Below, one piece after another: positions 10,788 through 21,084 of a DNA stretch of 64,000 nucleotides. Origin of the DNA: Candidatus Eiseniibacteriota bacterium (GTDB lineage Bacteria > Eisenbacteria > RBG-16-71-46 > CAVPCR01). Each line of letters begins with the position of its first letter. Positions within the stretch are counted from its first letter, which is position 1. The position numbers and the translations under genes were made by a program. The notes beneath the pieces are model-generated. The model was not told the origin of the DNA. It made no database searches and worked only from the letters and a program-made list of their open reading frames with translations. The stretch lies in NCBI GenBank assembly GCA_963702435.1, contig CAVPCR010000004.1, positions 256,001 through 320,000 of the forward strand, written 5' to 3'.

Positions 10788-13700
10788 TTACGGACTCCCG
10801 ACCAGCGCGGGTCCGCTACCAGCACTCCTCCGGCATGCGCCCTCTAGAAGCTCAAGCACTGACGGCAGAAGGCCTTCCTGACGACACCTGTCCAGTGCCT
10901 TCTGCGTCTCTCCCAGGGGAACGACCCCCGATTCCCTCTCAGGATCGTTCGCCTCACCAAAGTCTAGCCAGTCAACCGGGGAGCGAATGAACTTGTGATC
11001 ACTCGCCGAAACAGAGGTATCCCGGCTTAGACAGCAGTATCCATAGAATGCCCCCGCTACATCACGCAGGTCCGACTCCAGCAGGGGACTTCGATAAGAA
11101 AAACCCAGCTGAGTTACCAACCTATCCCTCAGTGCACGGCCGGGGTCAAAAACAACAAGCATTCGAGCTCCGCAGACTTCTGCCCACAGCCCAAGTAGCG
11201 CAATCATGATCCTCAAAGTATGTCCACGAGCACTCTTACTATTGGGACATCGCTCAACCCAGTCCATCGCGACATAATCACCCTGGGCGTTGCCCTCACC
11301 GATACTTAGAGCGACGAGTTCGTCGTCCTGGTAGATTGCCGCTTCAAATCTGTCACTCATATTCCTATAAAATGCATTCCGTGTGAAATCATCCCAGTCC
11401 AGCCCCGGATCCGAGCGTAGCGGTTCACCGTCCGGAGCGCACCACTGGGCTCTAAACATCTCAAGCGCCCTATCGTCAATTAAAGTAACACGGAGGGTGG
11501 GGAGCGCATTCTCGCTCGTATACATATCCAGAGCGCGTTGACTCACTTCCAGCCATCGCGCCCTCTTGGTCGCCCAGTTACCGCGCCCATCACGCGCCTC
11601 TCGGGACGCGAGGGATACCACTCCCTCGTTGCTTGGTGACATAGGCAACGACTCCTCAAGCACTGGGCTTGGACGATAAGAGATAGGCACAGCTCGGAAG
11701 ATCAGGGCGCCGGGCATGATGGGCGTCCACGCCAGCATGCTGTGGTCATACAGCCGAGTGAGGATCGTTCCAGGCGGCACCATCCCGCCAATCCGCTGGT
11801 GCTCACATACAACACGGTAAAACGCCTCGTTCCCGAAGAAGTCTGAAGAACCCTTGGGCTCCCCGGGTCCACTTCCACGCGCCATTGCCGACGCGTACCT
11901 AGCGCAGAAGCTCGCCTTCGGATCATCGAGAGGCTTCGCATCAAATCGGTATGCAATGTCATCAAAGGCCCTTATCGCGACCCTCCGGTCATTGGCGCCC
12001 TTCGACGACACGCATTTGCACCACGCACGAATAAACTCGGTCTGGAGAGCGGCCCACGTGTCACCCGAATTCGCAATTGCCATATGGGCATCCTTCGCAA
12101 GGAGTCCCTCCGCCTTCTGCACCTGGCCAGCGCACATAAGGGCGAATGCCCAGCCAATGTAGTTATAGAGGACTTCCTGTGAGGCGGACACTTCAAGAGT
12201 ATCAGGGCATTGGCGCGATAGAGTTGTTAGTGTCGCGGCGATCCGAGCGTGATGCTGCGCAGCTGCGACGGGCCCTTCGAGATAATGGACCAAACGACCC
12301 CTGTTGATAGCAATTCGCTGACGGTCGAGGGCGATCTCTATACTCGGAGTCTTTCTTGCTATCGCAGCAACCTCGGCCTCCACTCCGTCGAATAGCTCCA
12401 GGGTGCGCTTGAGGGATGAGTCCCATGTTGACGTGGTGCGCGTGGCAGAGGAAGGAGCCACTTTCAGCATCACAACCGCAAGATTCGCTCGAAGATTCCA
12501 CTCATATCGAAAGGCCTGGCCTAAGGAAAGCGTCGCAGTCAAAACGGCGCGAGCGGACGCTGGCCGTGCCTCCTCATACTCCCGTACTGCAAAGAGTGAG
12601 GCAAAGAACGCGGCGGCATCAGACTTTGCAGGATCCACAATCGCATTGGACTGCGCCATTGCAGCAAATGTGTGCAGGACAATGTCAAAGGCGGGCGTCC
12701 AGGCATCGAGAGCCTGGTAGGATAGCTCGGCGAAGTTAGCTAGTGCTTCAAGCGAGACTACTCGTGCATGTTTTCCAGGGCTTGTACGCGAATTGACAGG
12801 AGGACCGTACCAAGCCCCAGCAGCGTTGCTCCGGGCGACGGAATCCACAAAGGGTTTAAGAAAGGTCGACTGGGCCACGACATCGCCGTAGGCCCAGGCA
12901 AGCGACGGCGCGGCTTGAGAGCGAGCTGCACCGGCGATTTCGTCGATATTGGAAAGGGCCTCCGCCGGCGTGACGACCGCTGCGCGAAGCTGGTGCTGTA
13001 TGAGGACGAGCTTCGCCACCCGCTCAAGGCCGTCCTGCTTCTTACCCAGCCATTCCGCAAGCTCCCCGTGTATCGTATCGCGCGCCAGCGTCCGGAATAG
13101 CTCTGTCAAAGAGTACAGCTCCAGGACTGTGCGATGGTTGAGCCGCGGAAGCGGAGAGCCTTCCGGGTGATAGAGGAAGAAAGCAAAAGCAGGATCCACT
13201 TGGAAGTTCCTGAAGTGTTTTGACTGTAACCATTTACTAGCATACGAGCTCCAATCTGCTGGAAGGGTGCTGAAATATGGGTCCACAACAGCAAAGGCCA
13301 CAAAGAGGCAGAGCAACGAACGGTGAAGCTCGGAGGTCTCGTCCATGGATTCCAGAACTGCACGATAGAGCATGAGCATGGTGTGGCGACGCAAGTCATG
13401 ACACGATCGAGCATCGGTATTCCTGTCAAGGTGTCTCTTCGCCCAAGCATCGATATCTTTGACGGGCCCTTGATGCGAGCGCTGGATGTCGGATGGAACG
13501 AGTGTCTTGTCCAGCGCGGCCAAGGCATCGTCGAGACTCTGGGCCCTGTGCGATCGTCGGAGGAACTCTGTGAGAAGGCTGAGGATCAGGGCGTTTGCGA
13601 TGAGGGGCATGGCGGTCTCATGCTCAAGAAACGCCCTTAAGTATGCGAAAGACTTGTTCTGATATGGTGCGGAATGCACCAGTATGTCACGCAACGCATC

Positions 13701-14267
13701 GTCTATGTCAGTCCTTGAGATGGAAAGTCCGTCCTTATCAAAACGTTCACTTGTAACTTCTACCCTGAGAGCATTGCCAGGTTCAACCTGGCTGGTCAGG
13801 ATGAAGTGAAGTATGTACTTTTTACGGTGTTGAGGCTGGGGCAAAGTTGATAGAATCTTGTTCCATGTAGCGAGTGCTTGACGATCAGTGAGAATGCGCT
13901 CCGCGTCGTGCAGGACTATAGCAACCTGTCCAGTGCCATGGGAACAGTCGAGACTATCCTGAAGGGCAGAGAGGGTCGCCACGTTATAGGGCTCCAGTTG
14001 GCTCTGGAGAGCATCAAGGAACCCATGCGAAGTGAGGCCGGAGTGAAGTATCGCGATGACCTTCCGCTTTCCAGTGAAACCGGCGTTTTTCCATTTGGAA
14101 ACCGCTTTGTCAACGGCAACTGTCTTGCCAGCACCGGAGGGTCCGTGTATGCAGAGAACCTGGGGTTCATCGAGATTGCGCTGGAAGAACGCATCGCATC
14201 TCTTCATAATGGCCGTTTGGCGGTCTATCGAGAGATCTTGATGGAGTCTAGTGAATGTTAGCGTCAT
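10788..14267 (-). CDS. P-loop NTPase (STAND-like) with TPR-like repeats and C-terminal GNAT-like domain
   Basis: GPSGAGKT Walker A, AIVLHDAE Walker B, helical repeats, C-terminal RFEAAIYQDDELVALSIG..VAMDWVER. Confidence 0.65.
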   Translation of the reverse strand: MTLTFTRLHQDLSIDRQTAIMKRCDAFFQRNLDEPQVLCIHGPSGAGKTVAVDKAVSKWKNAGFTGKRKVIAILHSGLTSHGFLDALQSQLEPYNVATLSALQDSLDCSHGTGQVAIVLHDAERILTDRQALATWNKILSTLPQPQHRKKYILHFILTSQVEPGNALRVEVTSERFDKDGLSISRTDIDDALRDILVHSAPYQNKSFAYLRAFLEHETAMPLIANALILSLLTEFLRRSHRAQSLDDALAALDKTLVPSDIQRSHQGPVKDIDAWAKRHLDRNTDARSCHDLRRHTMLMLYRAVLESMDETSELHRSLLCLFVAFAVVDPYFSTLPADWSSYASKWLQSKHFRNFQVDPAFAFFLYHPEGSPLPRLNHRTVLELYSLTELFRTLARDTIHGELAEWLGKKQDGLERVAKLVLIQHQLRAAVVTPAEALSNIDEIAGAARSQAAPSLAWAYGDVVAQSTFLKPFVDSVARSNAAGAWYGPPVNSRTSPGKHARVVSLEALANFAELSYQALDAWTPAFDIVLHTFAAMAQSNAIVDPAKSDAAAFFASLFAVREYEEARPASARAVLTATLSLGQAFRYEWNLRANLAVVMLKVAPSSATRTTSTWDSSLKRTLELFDGVEAEVAAIARKTPSIEIALDRQRIAINRGRLVHYLEGPVAAAQHHARIAATLTTLSRQCPDTLEVSASQEVLYNYIGWAFALMCAGQVQKAEGLLAKDAHMAIANSGDTWAALQTEFIRAWCKCVSSKGANDRRVAIRAFDDIAYRFDAKPLDDPKASFCARYASAMARGSGPGEPKGSSDFFGNEAFYRVVCEHQRIGGMVPPGTILTRLYDHSMLAWTPIMPGALIFRAVPISYRPSPVLEESLPMSPSNEGVVSLASREARDGRGNWATKRARWLEVSQRALDMYTSENALPTLRVTLIDDRALEMFRAQWCAPDGEPLRSDPGLDWDDFTRNAFYRNMSDRFEAAIYQDDELVALSIGEGNAQGDYVAMDWVERCPNSKSARGHTLRIMIALLGLWAEVCGARMLVVFDPGRALRDRLVTQLGFSYRSPLLESDLRDVAGAFYGYCCLSRDTSVSASDHKFIRSPVDWLDFGEANDPERESGVVPLGETQKALDRCRQEGLLPSVLELLEGACRRSAGSGPALVGSP

Positions 14268-14271
14268 GGCA

Positions 14272-14598
14272 TCACTTCAGAAAGTTCCGCGCCTTTAGGA
14301 GGATGTTGGGGACATTCTTGCCATCTTTATCTCTAGAGGCGGCCCACTCCGAGAGACCGCATACGAGCGAGGTTATTGCGCAAGTCTTGCAAAGCGACGA
14401 GAAGATGCCGGCGGTCAGGTCTACTATGCCGAGTTGGTTGATGAGAACAAGGAAGGTGGAGGCGGAAGTGTACTGACTGGGATTGAGTGTCCAGAAGGCG
14501 TGGAGGGTAGTGTGGAGCGCTGCTGAGATTGCAAAGATGATGATCGCGAGGACTAGCGTGGGGAGGGACGACGTTTCTTGGTCTGTTTGATGAGCCAT
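14272..14598 (-). CDS. Small predicted membrane protein
   Basis: GAGGTG RBS; hydrophobic stretches (LPTLVLAIIIFAISAAL); stop 4 nt before the NTPase start. Confidence 0.6.
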   Translation of the reverse strand: MAHQTDQETSSLPTLVLAIIIFAISAALHTTLHAFWTLNPSQYTSASTFLVLINQLGIVDLTAGIFSSLCKTCAITSLVCGLSEWAASRDKDGKNVPNILLKARNFLK

Positions 14599-14663
14599 TG
14601 GTAGCACCTCAATTCGACGGCTGGTGGTAGAGAGCTGTAGTAGTGGCATGCGCTCGTAGGTGG

Positions 14664-15359
14664 CTATCCACTGAGTGCGAGTGGTCCGAGCTGCTCTACG
14701 TCCGATCCAAAAAGCTCTATTGCGCGGTCAAGGACCCACTGCGGTGTCACTGGGGCGAGGGGGCGAACGCCGATGAGCATTGGCGTCCCTTCGGGATAGA
14801 AGGGGACGGTCTGGATGTAACGCACTCCGCGTAGTACTGCGACTCCTAAGCGTCGATAGAAGGTGAGCCGGCGCTCGGCGATGTGCTTTTCGTCAGGATC
14901 GGTCGCGTACTTTGATGGATCGTCAACTTCGAGTAGGATGGCCGAGATAGGATGTTGCTCGCGGGCAAGGCGGCGGGTGATTTCGGCGAAGAGCGCTGTG
15001 CCGATTCCAGCCCCACGCATCGTTGGATTTGCGACGGCCATATAGACAAGATAAGCGAGGTGTCGTTCGTCGAATAGATCATAGCATGCCATGGCAATCA
15101 TGTCGGAGTCACGTTCGGCGATAAGCAGGTGTCGATTGACGGGGGCACCGCGTTTGCGTGCGAGGAGCGCTTGCAAGATGTGGGAAACGGGCTCCCTTTC
15201 GTTTGCTGGGAATGAAGTCTCATAGGCGTCAAGGAGCGCCGGAAGGAGAGGATCCTCAATGTCCGAGATTTCCCTGAAGTTGATGGTACGAGTGTCCTCC
15301 ACTCTGTCCTCCGCCTGTAAAGGACCCGGTTCCTTGGACACAACGATGAAGGTATTCAC
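14664..15359 (-). CDS. GNAT family N-acetyltransferase
   Basis: YLVYMAV..MRGAGIGTALF (acetyl-CoA motif A), LLEVD, RRLTFYRRLG; GGAGG RBS. Confidence 0.88.
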   Translation of the reverse strand: MNTFIVVSKEPGPLQAEDRVEDTRTINFREISDIEDPLLPALLDAYETSFPANEREPVSHILQALLARKRGAPVNRHLLIAERDSDMIAMACYDLFDERHLAYLVYMAVANPTMRGAGIGTALFAEITRRLAREQHPISAILLEVDDPSKYATDPDEKHIAERRLTFYRRLGVAVLRGVRYIQTVPFYPEGTPMLIGVRPLAPVTPQWVLDRAIELFGSDVEQLGPLALSG

Positions 15360-15676
15360 GCCGCCACCTCCGCCTGAGGCGCGGTGAACGAGGCGCGGAC
15401 TGTAGCCGGCGTGCGGTAGCCGTGGCGACCGACGCGCGGGGTGGAATCGATGGTGTCAAAGCGATCGACGTCAATCTGCTTATAGTAACGAAGTGTTCGG
15501 TCAGGTCAAGAGGGGAGGAGTGTGGATCGGGGCGGCGGCGCGTTCTCAAGGCTGCCGGTTTGGCGAGGTATCCCCTTCTCGAAAGGGCGGCCCGTGGGGC
15601 CTGAACGGCCCCCTGCCGCCGCTTCCCGCCTCATCCCACCCATCGGTGGACGCTGCGAATCCCCATCTGTGACCTC

Positions 15677-15949
15677 AGACCCGGACGACTCCAGGATTGC
15701 GGCTCGCAGAGCGGACGGATCGTGTCGCTAGCGAGCGGGCCCCGGGGACCGGGGCTGCCCGGGAGGTCAGGTGGAGGGGGCGCCGCCAGCAGGGCAGGTT
15801 AGGCGATGGCGCAGCGGCGGAGGTAGGGAAGGACTGGCGCCCGCTTGGCAGGTGCGGCGGCAACGAGGGGTATCCGCTCGGCCACCGGTCTCCGGCCACC
15901 TCGCCGTCCTGCCGACGCACCGGTAGACCCGGACGACTCCTCGATTGCG
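15677..15949. repeat. Imperfect 25-bp direct repeat pair (15677-15701 and 15925-15949)
   Basis: agacccggacgactcc-ag-gattgcg versus agacccggacgactcc-tc-gattgcg. Confidence 0.75.
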
Positions 15950-16087
15950 ACCCACACACCTGTTGATTCCTGTCGCAAACGAGGAGGTGGCTGGCGGCGC
16001 GTACGTCGTGCGGCTCGTCGCCGGTGGCGAGGTGTGCACGCTGAAGCCCCGGTGCCTTCATGGCCCGATAGAGGGAGCGAACCAGGC

Positions 16088-17365
16088 TCAGCTCTCCGCC
16101 GCCGGGACGAGGAGCCCCTTCCGGACGAGGTGCTGCTCGTAGATCGCATTGATGCGCGCGACCATGTGCTCGACCGGGAACTCGCGCTCGACGAAGGCGC
16201 GCCCGTGCGCCGCCAGCCGCCGCCCGCGCTCCGGATCGGCAAGCAGCTCGAGCACGCGCGCCGCGATCCCGTCCGTATCCAGCGGCTTGAGGAGGAAGCC
16301 GCTCTTCCCGTCCTCGACCACCTCGGGCGCGCCGTCGAGGGCGAAGGTGACGACCGGCCGGCCGACGGCGAGCGCCTGCGGCAGGACGCGCGCGATCCCC
16401 TCGCGGAGCGAGGTATGAACGACGACGTCCATGGCGGCGATCGCCGCCGGCACCTCGGCCGGCGGGATGAGACCAGCGAAGTGAACGACCGGCGCCAGCC
16501 CGCGCGCCGCGACCTCCGCCTCGAGCTCGGCGCGCAGGATCCCGTTCCCGACCAGGAGGAAGTGCACGTCGGGGCGGGCGGCGTGGATCTTCGCGGCGGC
16601 CTCGAGAAACTGCGCGTGCCCCTTGAGCGGAAAGAGCCGCCCCACCTTGCCGACGACCGGCGCGTCCGCGGGCAGGCCGAAGCGCCGGCGCACCGCGGCG
16701 CGGTCGAGCCGCTCGTCGGCAGTGAGGAACGGCTCGAGCTCCATGCCGCTGAAGATGACCTCGAGGCGCGCCGGGTCGCCGATCCCGGCGCCGAGCGCGC
16801 CCTGGGCGGTGGCGCCGCTCACCGCGATCATGTGATCGGTGAAGCCGGCGCAGAAGCGTTTGAGCGCGATGTAGGCGCGGTTCACGTGCGCGTTCTGGTA
16901 ATCGTGGAAGACGAGCCCGTGCAGGGTGTGGATGACGACCGGCGTGCCGGCGAGCCGCGCCGCCAGCCGGCCGATGATGCCCGCCTTGGTGGCGTGCGTG
17001 TGCACGACGTCGAAGCGCCCGCGCCGGATGAAGCGCGTGAGCTCGACGAGCGCGCGCAGATCGGTGAGCGGGCGGATCGCGCGGATGAGGTGCGGCGTGA
17101 GGACGAGATTCACGCCCTGGACGCGCGCCGCGTCGTGGAGGTTCCCCTCCGGGCCGAGATCGATGCCCGAGTAGAGCGTCACCTCGTAGCGCGGATCGCG
17201 CATCTGCCCGACCACGGTGAGGAGCGTGTTCTCCATCGCGCCGCCGACGATGAAGCGCGTGATCACGTGGAGGACGCGGATCGGCCGGCTGCCGGCCGGC
17301 ACGAGGCGCGGGCCGGCGCCGGCGGGTGCACTCGCGTGCGCTATGGGGGGGGCGGTCTGGCTCAT
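16088..17365 (-). CDS. Glycosyltransferase family 4 (GT-B)
   Basis: VLHVITRFIVGGA, DVVHTH..KAG, VGRLFPLKGH, REGIARVLPQA. Confidence 0.93.
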   Translation of the reverse strand: MSQTAPPIAHASAPAGAGPRLVPAGSRPIRVLHVITRFIVGGAMENTLLTVVGQMRDPRYEVTLYSGIDLGPEGNLHDAARVQGVNLVLTPHLIRAIRPLTDLRALVELTRFIRRGRFDVVHTHATKAGIIGRLAARLAGTPVVIHTLHGLVFHDYQNAHVNRAYIALKRFCAGFTDHMIAVSGATAQGALGAGIGDPARLEVIFSGMELEPFLTADERLDRAAVRRRFGLPADAPVVGKVGRLFPLKGHAQFLEAAAKIHAARPDVHFLLVGNGILRAELEAEVAARGLAPVVHFAGLIPPAEVPAAIAAMDVVVHTSLREGIARVLPQALAVGRPVVTFALDGAPEVVEDGKSGFLLKPLDTDGIAARVLELLADPERGRRLAAHGRAFVEREFPVEHMVARINAIYEQHLVRKGLLVPAAES

Positions 17366-17705
17366 GGCGGAGTCGGCCTCACGGACGGCGGCGGCGTGTC
17401 CGACTCTAGCCGAGGCGCCCGCGCCGGGCAAACCCGGCGGGTTCTCGTCGCTGCCCCGGCCCGCATCCGGCCAGCCGCCGTTCCGGACCCTTGAGGCGCC
17501 CAATTGAACCGCTCGCGCCGGGCCGGTTGACCCGCCCGCTCCGCCCCCTGTTACTTGAGGCAAGTCCCTATCGATGAGGCACATGGGGAGCCCGCCCGTC
17601 CCGAGCCCCGCCGGCGGCATTCCCCGGTCCCGGTTCCTTTGCCAGCGCCAAGCCAGCCGCCGCGTGCCCGCGGCGCGCCGCCCCCTCTGGGCCACGGAGG
17701 AAGAC

Positions 17706-18908
17706 GTGTCAGCACCCGTGCACCCCGGTCCCGCGAAGCCGATCACGTTCCGCCCGCCGAGCGCCGCCTTCGCCCCGAACGGCGGCCGCCCGGCGCCGCT
17801 CCCGATCCGCCCCGCGCCCGCGGCCGACGACGACGCGCAACGGCACGATCAGCCGTCCTACCTCCGGCCCGCCCCGGTCCCGCTCGCCAACGCGCGGCGC
17901 AAGTGGGGGCTCTTCCTCTCCTATCTCAAGCAGCGGCCGCTCTGGCTCACCTGGCAGGTGACCAATCGCTGCAACTTCGAGTGCTCGTTCTGCAACTACT
18001 GGAACGAGCCGTTCGACCTCGAGGCGCAGCTCACCCCGGCCGACTTCGAGACGGCGGCGGCCAAGCTCTCGCGGATCGGCACCATGATGGTGTCGCTCGC
18101 GGGCGGGGAGCCGACGCTCCGCCGCGACCTCCCCGACATCATTGCCGCGGTCGGTCGCTACCACTTCCCGTTCCTCACCTCGAACGGCTGGGCGATCACC
18201 GAGAAGGTCGCGCGCTCCTTGTGGGATGCGGGCCTGTGGGGCGTGTCGATCTCGATCGACTACGCGACCCCGCATCGCCACGACCAGGAGCGCGGGCGCG
18301 CGGGCGCGTTCGAGCACGCGGTCGAAGCGGTGGCCGTGCTCTCGCGCACGCGCACGAAGCCGTGGCAGCGCGTCAACATCAACGCCGTGCTGATGAAGGA
18401 CAACATCGACGAGATGGAGCGGCTGATCGGGATCGCGCGCCGGCACGGGGCGCTGTTCATGGTGCAGCCGTACGGATTCCTGAAGACGGGCGACCGCGAT
18501 CCGCTGCCCGCGCAGAGCATCTCCGAGCATCTGCTCGATCTCTCGCGCCGCCATCCGAACTTCAACTCGAACCCCGAGTTCCTGCGCCGGTTCGACCATC
18601 ACATCAGCGAGGGGGTCACCGGTTGCCGGGCCGGGCGGAGCTTCTTCAACATCGATCAGTGGGGCAACATCTCGAAGTGCGTCGAGTATCGCGAGGACTC
18701 GCTCGGGAAGGTGCAGGAGATGGGCGCCGGGGAGATCTGGGCCGCCCTCTCCCACGCGCATCGCACCAACGAGTGCACCGCCTGCTGGTACAACTGCCGC
18801 GGCGAGATCGAATCGCTCTACACGCTCAAGGGGCTCCGGACCGGACTGCCGAAGCTCTTCACCATGCCGAGCACGCACTGCCGGGTGGCTTCCGCGTCGC
18901 CGGCCTAG
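17706..18908 (+). CDS. Radical SAM protein with SPASM/twitch-like domain
   Basis: CNFECSFC, GGEP, C-terminal CRAG..C..CTACWYNC; GGAGG RBS before GTG. Confidence 0.9.
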   Translation: MSAPVHPGPAKPITFRPPSAAFAPNGGRPAPLPIRPAPAADDDAQRHDQPSYLRPAPVPLANARRKWGLFLSYLKQRPLWLTWQVTNRCNFECSFCNYWNEPFDLEAQLTPADFETAAAKLSRIGTMMVSLAGGEPTLRRDLPDIIAAVGRYHFPFLTSNGWAITEKVARSLWDAGLWGVSISIDYATPHRHDQERGRAGAFEHAVEAVAVLSRTRTKPWQRVNINAVLMKDNIDEMERLIGIARRHGALFMVQPYGFLKTGDRDPLPAQSISEHLLDLSRRHPNFNSNPEFLRRFDHHISEGVTGCRAGRSFFNIDQWGNISKCVEYREDSLGKVQEMGAGEIWAALSHAHRTNECTACWYNCRGEIESLYTLKGLRTGLPKLFTMPSTHCRVASASPA

Positions 18909-18984
18909 GATCGTCGTCGCCCGCCTGATCGCCGGCGGAGAGGGGGCTTTACGGGCGAGCCTCGCGCTGCCTAGAGTAGCGGTC

Positions 18985-20181
18985 GTGCAGACCCCCGCCG
19001 TGCCCTTCAAGCCCTCCCTCGCCGGGCGCCTGTGGGCCGCCCGCGGCCGGATCGGGCTCTACGCCGCGCTCGCCGTCGTGCTCACGGCGGCGTATCGCTT
19101 CCGCATCCTGCCCAGGCAGGCCGATGTGCTCCTCGACTACTTCCTCTACATGTCGGCGGCGACCACCTTCACGCCGCTCCCGACCCCGCCCGTCATCATC
19201 CATGCCGCCACCCAGGCGCCGGTCTTCCTGGTCGCCGTGGTCGGTGCGCTCGGGACCACGGTTGCCTATCTCATCGAGTACGCGGTGCTCGGGCGAGTGC
19301 TCGCCCTCGATCGCCTGCGCGGCGTGCGCGAGAACAGCGCCTACCTGAAGCTCGCGGCTCTCTTCGACCGCCTCCCGTTCGTCTCGCTCACGGTCGCGGC
19401 CTTCCTGCCGCTCCCCGTCGACGGGGTGCGCCTCCTCGCCATCGCCCGCCGCTACGATCGCGGGCGCTACGCGCTCGCGGCCTTCATCGGCCGGCTCCCG
19501 CGCTACGCGATGATCGCGGGGCTCGGCTATGGACTGCGTTTCGTCCTGCCCTTCGGCGCCGCGACCGCCGCGGAGACCGCCGATCCCGCGCTCACCTCCA
19601 CGCTCGCCCGGCTCGACAGCGCGCTCGCCCGGCTCGAGGACGCGCACGGCCGCTTCCATCAGGAGCGCTGGTCCCCCGCTTTCGCCGAGCCGGATAGGGC
19701 GAGCGGGGAACTCTGGTTCCGCAGGCCGGGGGATCTCGTGCTTCGCTATCGGGAGCCCGAGACGCAGGAGATGTACGTCGATTCGGCCGGTGTGTGGATC
19801 TATCTCGTCAAGCAGAAGCAGGCGCAGCGGCACCCCTTCGCGAACGAGAGCCAGCGCGACGCGGCGCTCGCGGTCCTCTGGCAGCCGTCCGCGGTGCTCG
19901 CCCGGCGCTACGAGATCTCGCGCAGCACGACGCCGCCGGCGGGCGAGAAGGCGGGGGACTGGCTCCGCCTCCTCCCGCGCGACAAGGACCTGGCGGCCGT
20001 GGTCGCCGCCGCCTATCTGCGCGTCGCCGCGAAGAGCGGTCTCTCCGACTGCATCATCATCGAGCAGCAGGATGGCCAGCGGGCGCGGCTCGTCATGGAC
20101 TCGATCGAGCGGAACCCCCGGCTCCCGCCGGAGCGCTTCCGCTTCACGCCGCCCGCCGGCGTGGACGTCGTCCGCTTCTAG
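18985..20181 (+). CDS. DedA/VTT-like membrane domain fused to LolA-like lipoprotein carrier domain
   Basis: N-terminal TM helices with FIGRLPRY; C-terminal FHQ..SGELWFRRPG..RYREP..VWIY..FRFTPPAGVDVV. Confidence 0.75.
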   Translation: MQTPAVPFKPSLAGRLWAARGRIGLYAALAVVLTAAYRFRILPRQADVLLDYFLYMSAATTFTPLPTPPVIIHAATQAPVFLVAVVGALGTTVAYLIEYAVLGRVLALDRLRGVRENSAYLKLAALFDRLPFVSLTVAAFLPLPVDGVRLLAIARRYDRGRYALAAFIGRLPRYAMIAGLGYGLRFVLPFGAATAAETADPALTSTLARLDSALARLEDAHGRFHQERWSPAFAEPDRASGELWFRRPGDLVLRYREPETQEMYVDSAGVWIYLVKQKQAQRHPFANESQRDAALAVLWQPSAVLARRYEISRSTTPPAGEKAGDWLRLLPRDKDLAAVVAAAYLRVAAKSGLSDCIIIEQQDGQRARLVMDSIERNPRLPPERFRFTPPAGVDVVRF

Positions 20182-20202
20182 AGCGAAGCGCGGCGCCTGC
20201 GC

Positions 20203-21012
20203 TCAGGATCCGGGGACGAGGCTCCGGTAGAACTCGGGCCGGCGGTCGGCGAAGAGATCGTTGTGCTCGTTGACCAGCTTCCGGTGCGACTCGGCGAGAT
20301 CCACGTCGACGACTCCCTCCGCCTCGCCGCGGTCCGCGGCGCGGAGGAGCACGCGGCCCTCGGGATCCACCACCTGGCTCTGCCCCGTGAATGCCTCGCG
20401 GAGGCCGCCGGGGCGCTCGTCGGCGCCGACCCGGTTCGCGGTCACCGCGAACACCCGGTTCTCGATCGCCCGCGCGCGCATCACCTCCTGGCAGTACGGC
20501 ATCACCAGGTTGGCGGGATGGGCGATCACCTCGGCCCCGGCGAGGGCGAGGACGCGCGCCGCCTCCGGGAAGCGCCAGTCGAAGCAGATGATGACGCCGA
20601 TCCGGATGCCCGCGGCGGTGAAGACCGCGAGCGGGCGATCGCCGGGCGCGAAGTAGAGTTTCTCGTCCTTGAACAGGTGGATCTTCCGGTAGACCCCGGC
20701 GAGCCCCTCCGGCGCGTACACGGCCGCGCTGTTGAAGAAGCGTTCGCCGTCGCGCTCGCAGATGCCGGCGACGAGCGTCGTCTTCCGCTCGCGGGCGAGC
20801 GCGAGGAGAGCGAGCGACGTCGGTCCGTCCGGGATGGGCTCGGCCAGGCGCGCGACCTCGGCCCGATCCCGAAAGACATAGCCCGAATGGCAGAGTTCGG
20901 GGAGCACGATCAGATCCGCCTCCACGCGCCGCACCTGCGCGATCAGGCGGTCGCGATTGTCCGCCGGCTCTCCGAAACGGGGTTCCGATTGCACGAAGCC
21001 GATCCGCGTCAT
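20203..21012 (-). CDS. Carbon-nitrogen hydrolase (nitrilase superfamily)
   Basis: LPEL, YRKIHL, ICFDWRFPE (E-K-C triad). Confidence 0.93.
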   Translation of the reverse strand: MTRIGFVQSEPRFGEPADNRDRLIAQVRRVEADLIVLPELCHSGYVFRDRAEVARLAEPIPDGPTSLALLALARERKTTLVAGICERDGERFFNSAAVYAPEGLAGVYRKIHLFKDEKLYFAPGDRPLAVFTAAGIRIGVIICFDWRFPEAARVLALAGAEVIAHPANLVMPYCQEVMRARAIENRVFAVTANRVGADERPGGLREAFTGQSQVVDPEGRVLLRAADRGEAEGVVDVDLAESHRKLVNEHNDLFADRRPEFYRSLVPGS

Positions 21013-21084
21013 GAGCGCAACCTCACCTCCTGGTCACCGCCGCTTTGTGCTATATCATCCTACCGTCTGCGAGGAGTGAAACCC

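Noticed and set aside
15400..16087. tRNA/tmRNA as the island integration site
   Set aside because: No cloverleaf, T-loop or CCA end recognised by eye; tRNAscan-SE/ARAGORN would settle it.
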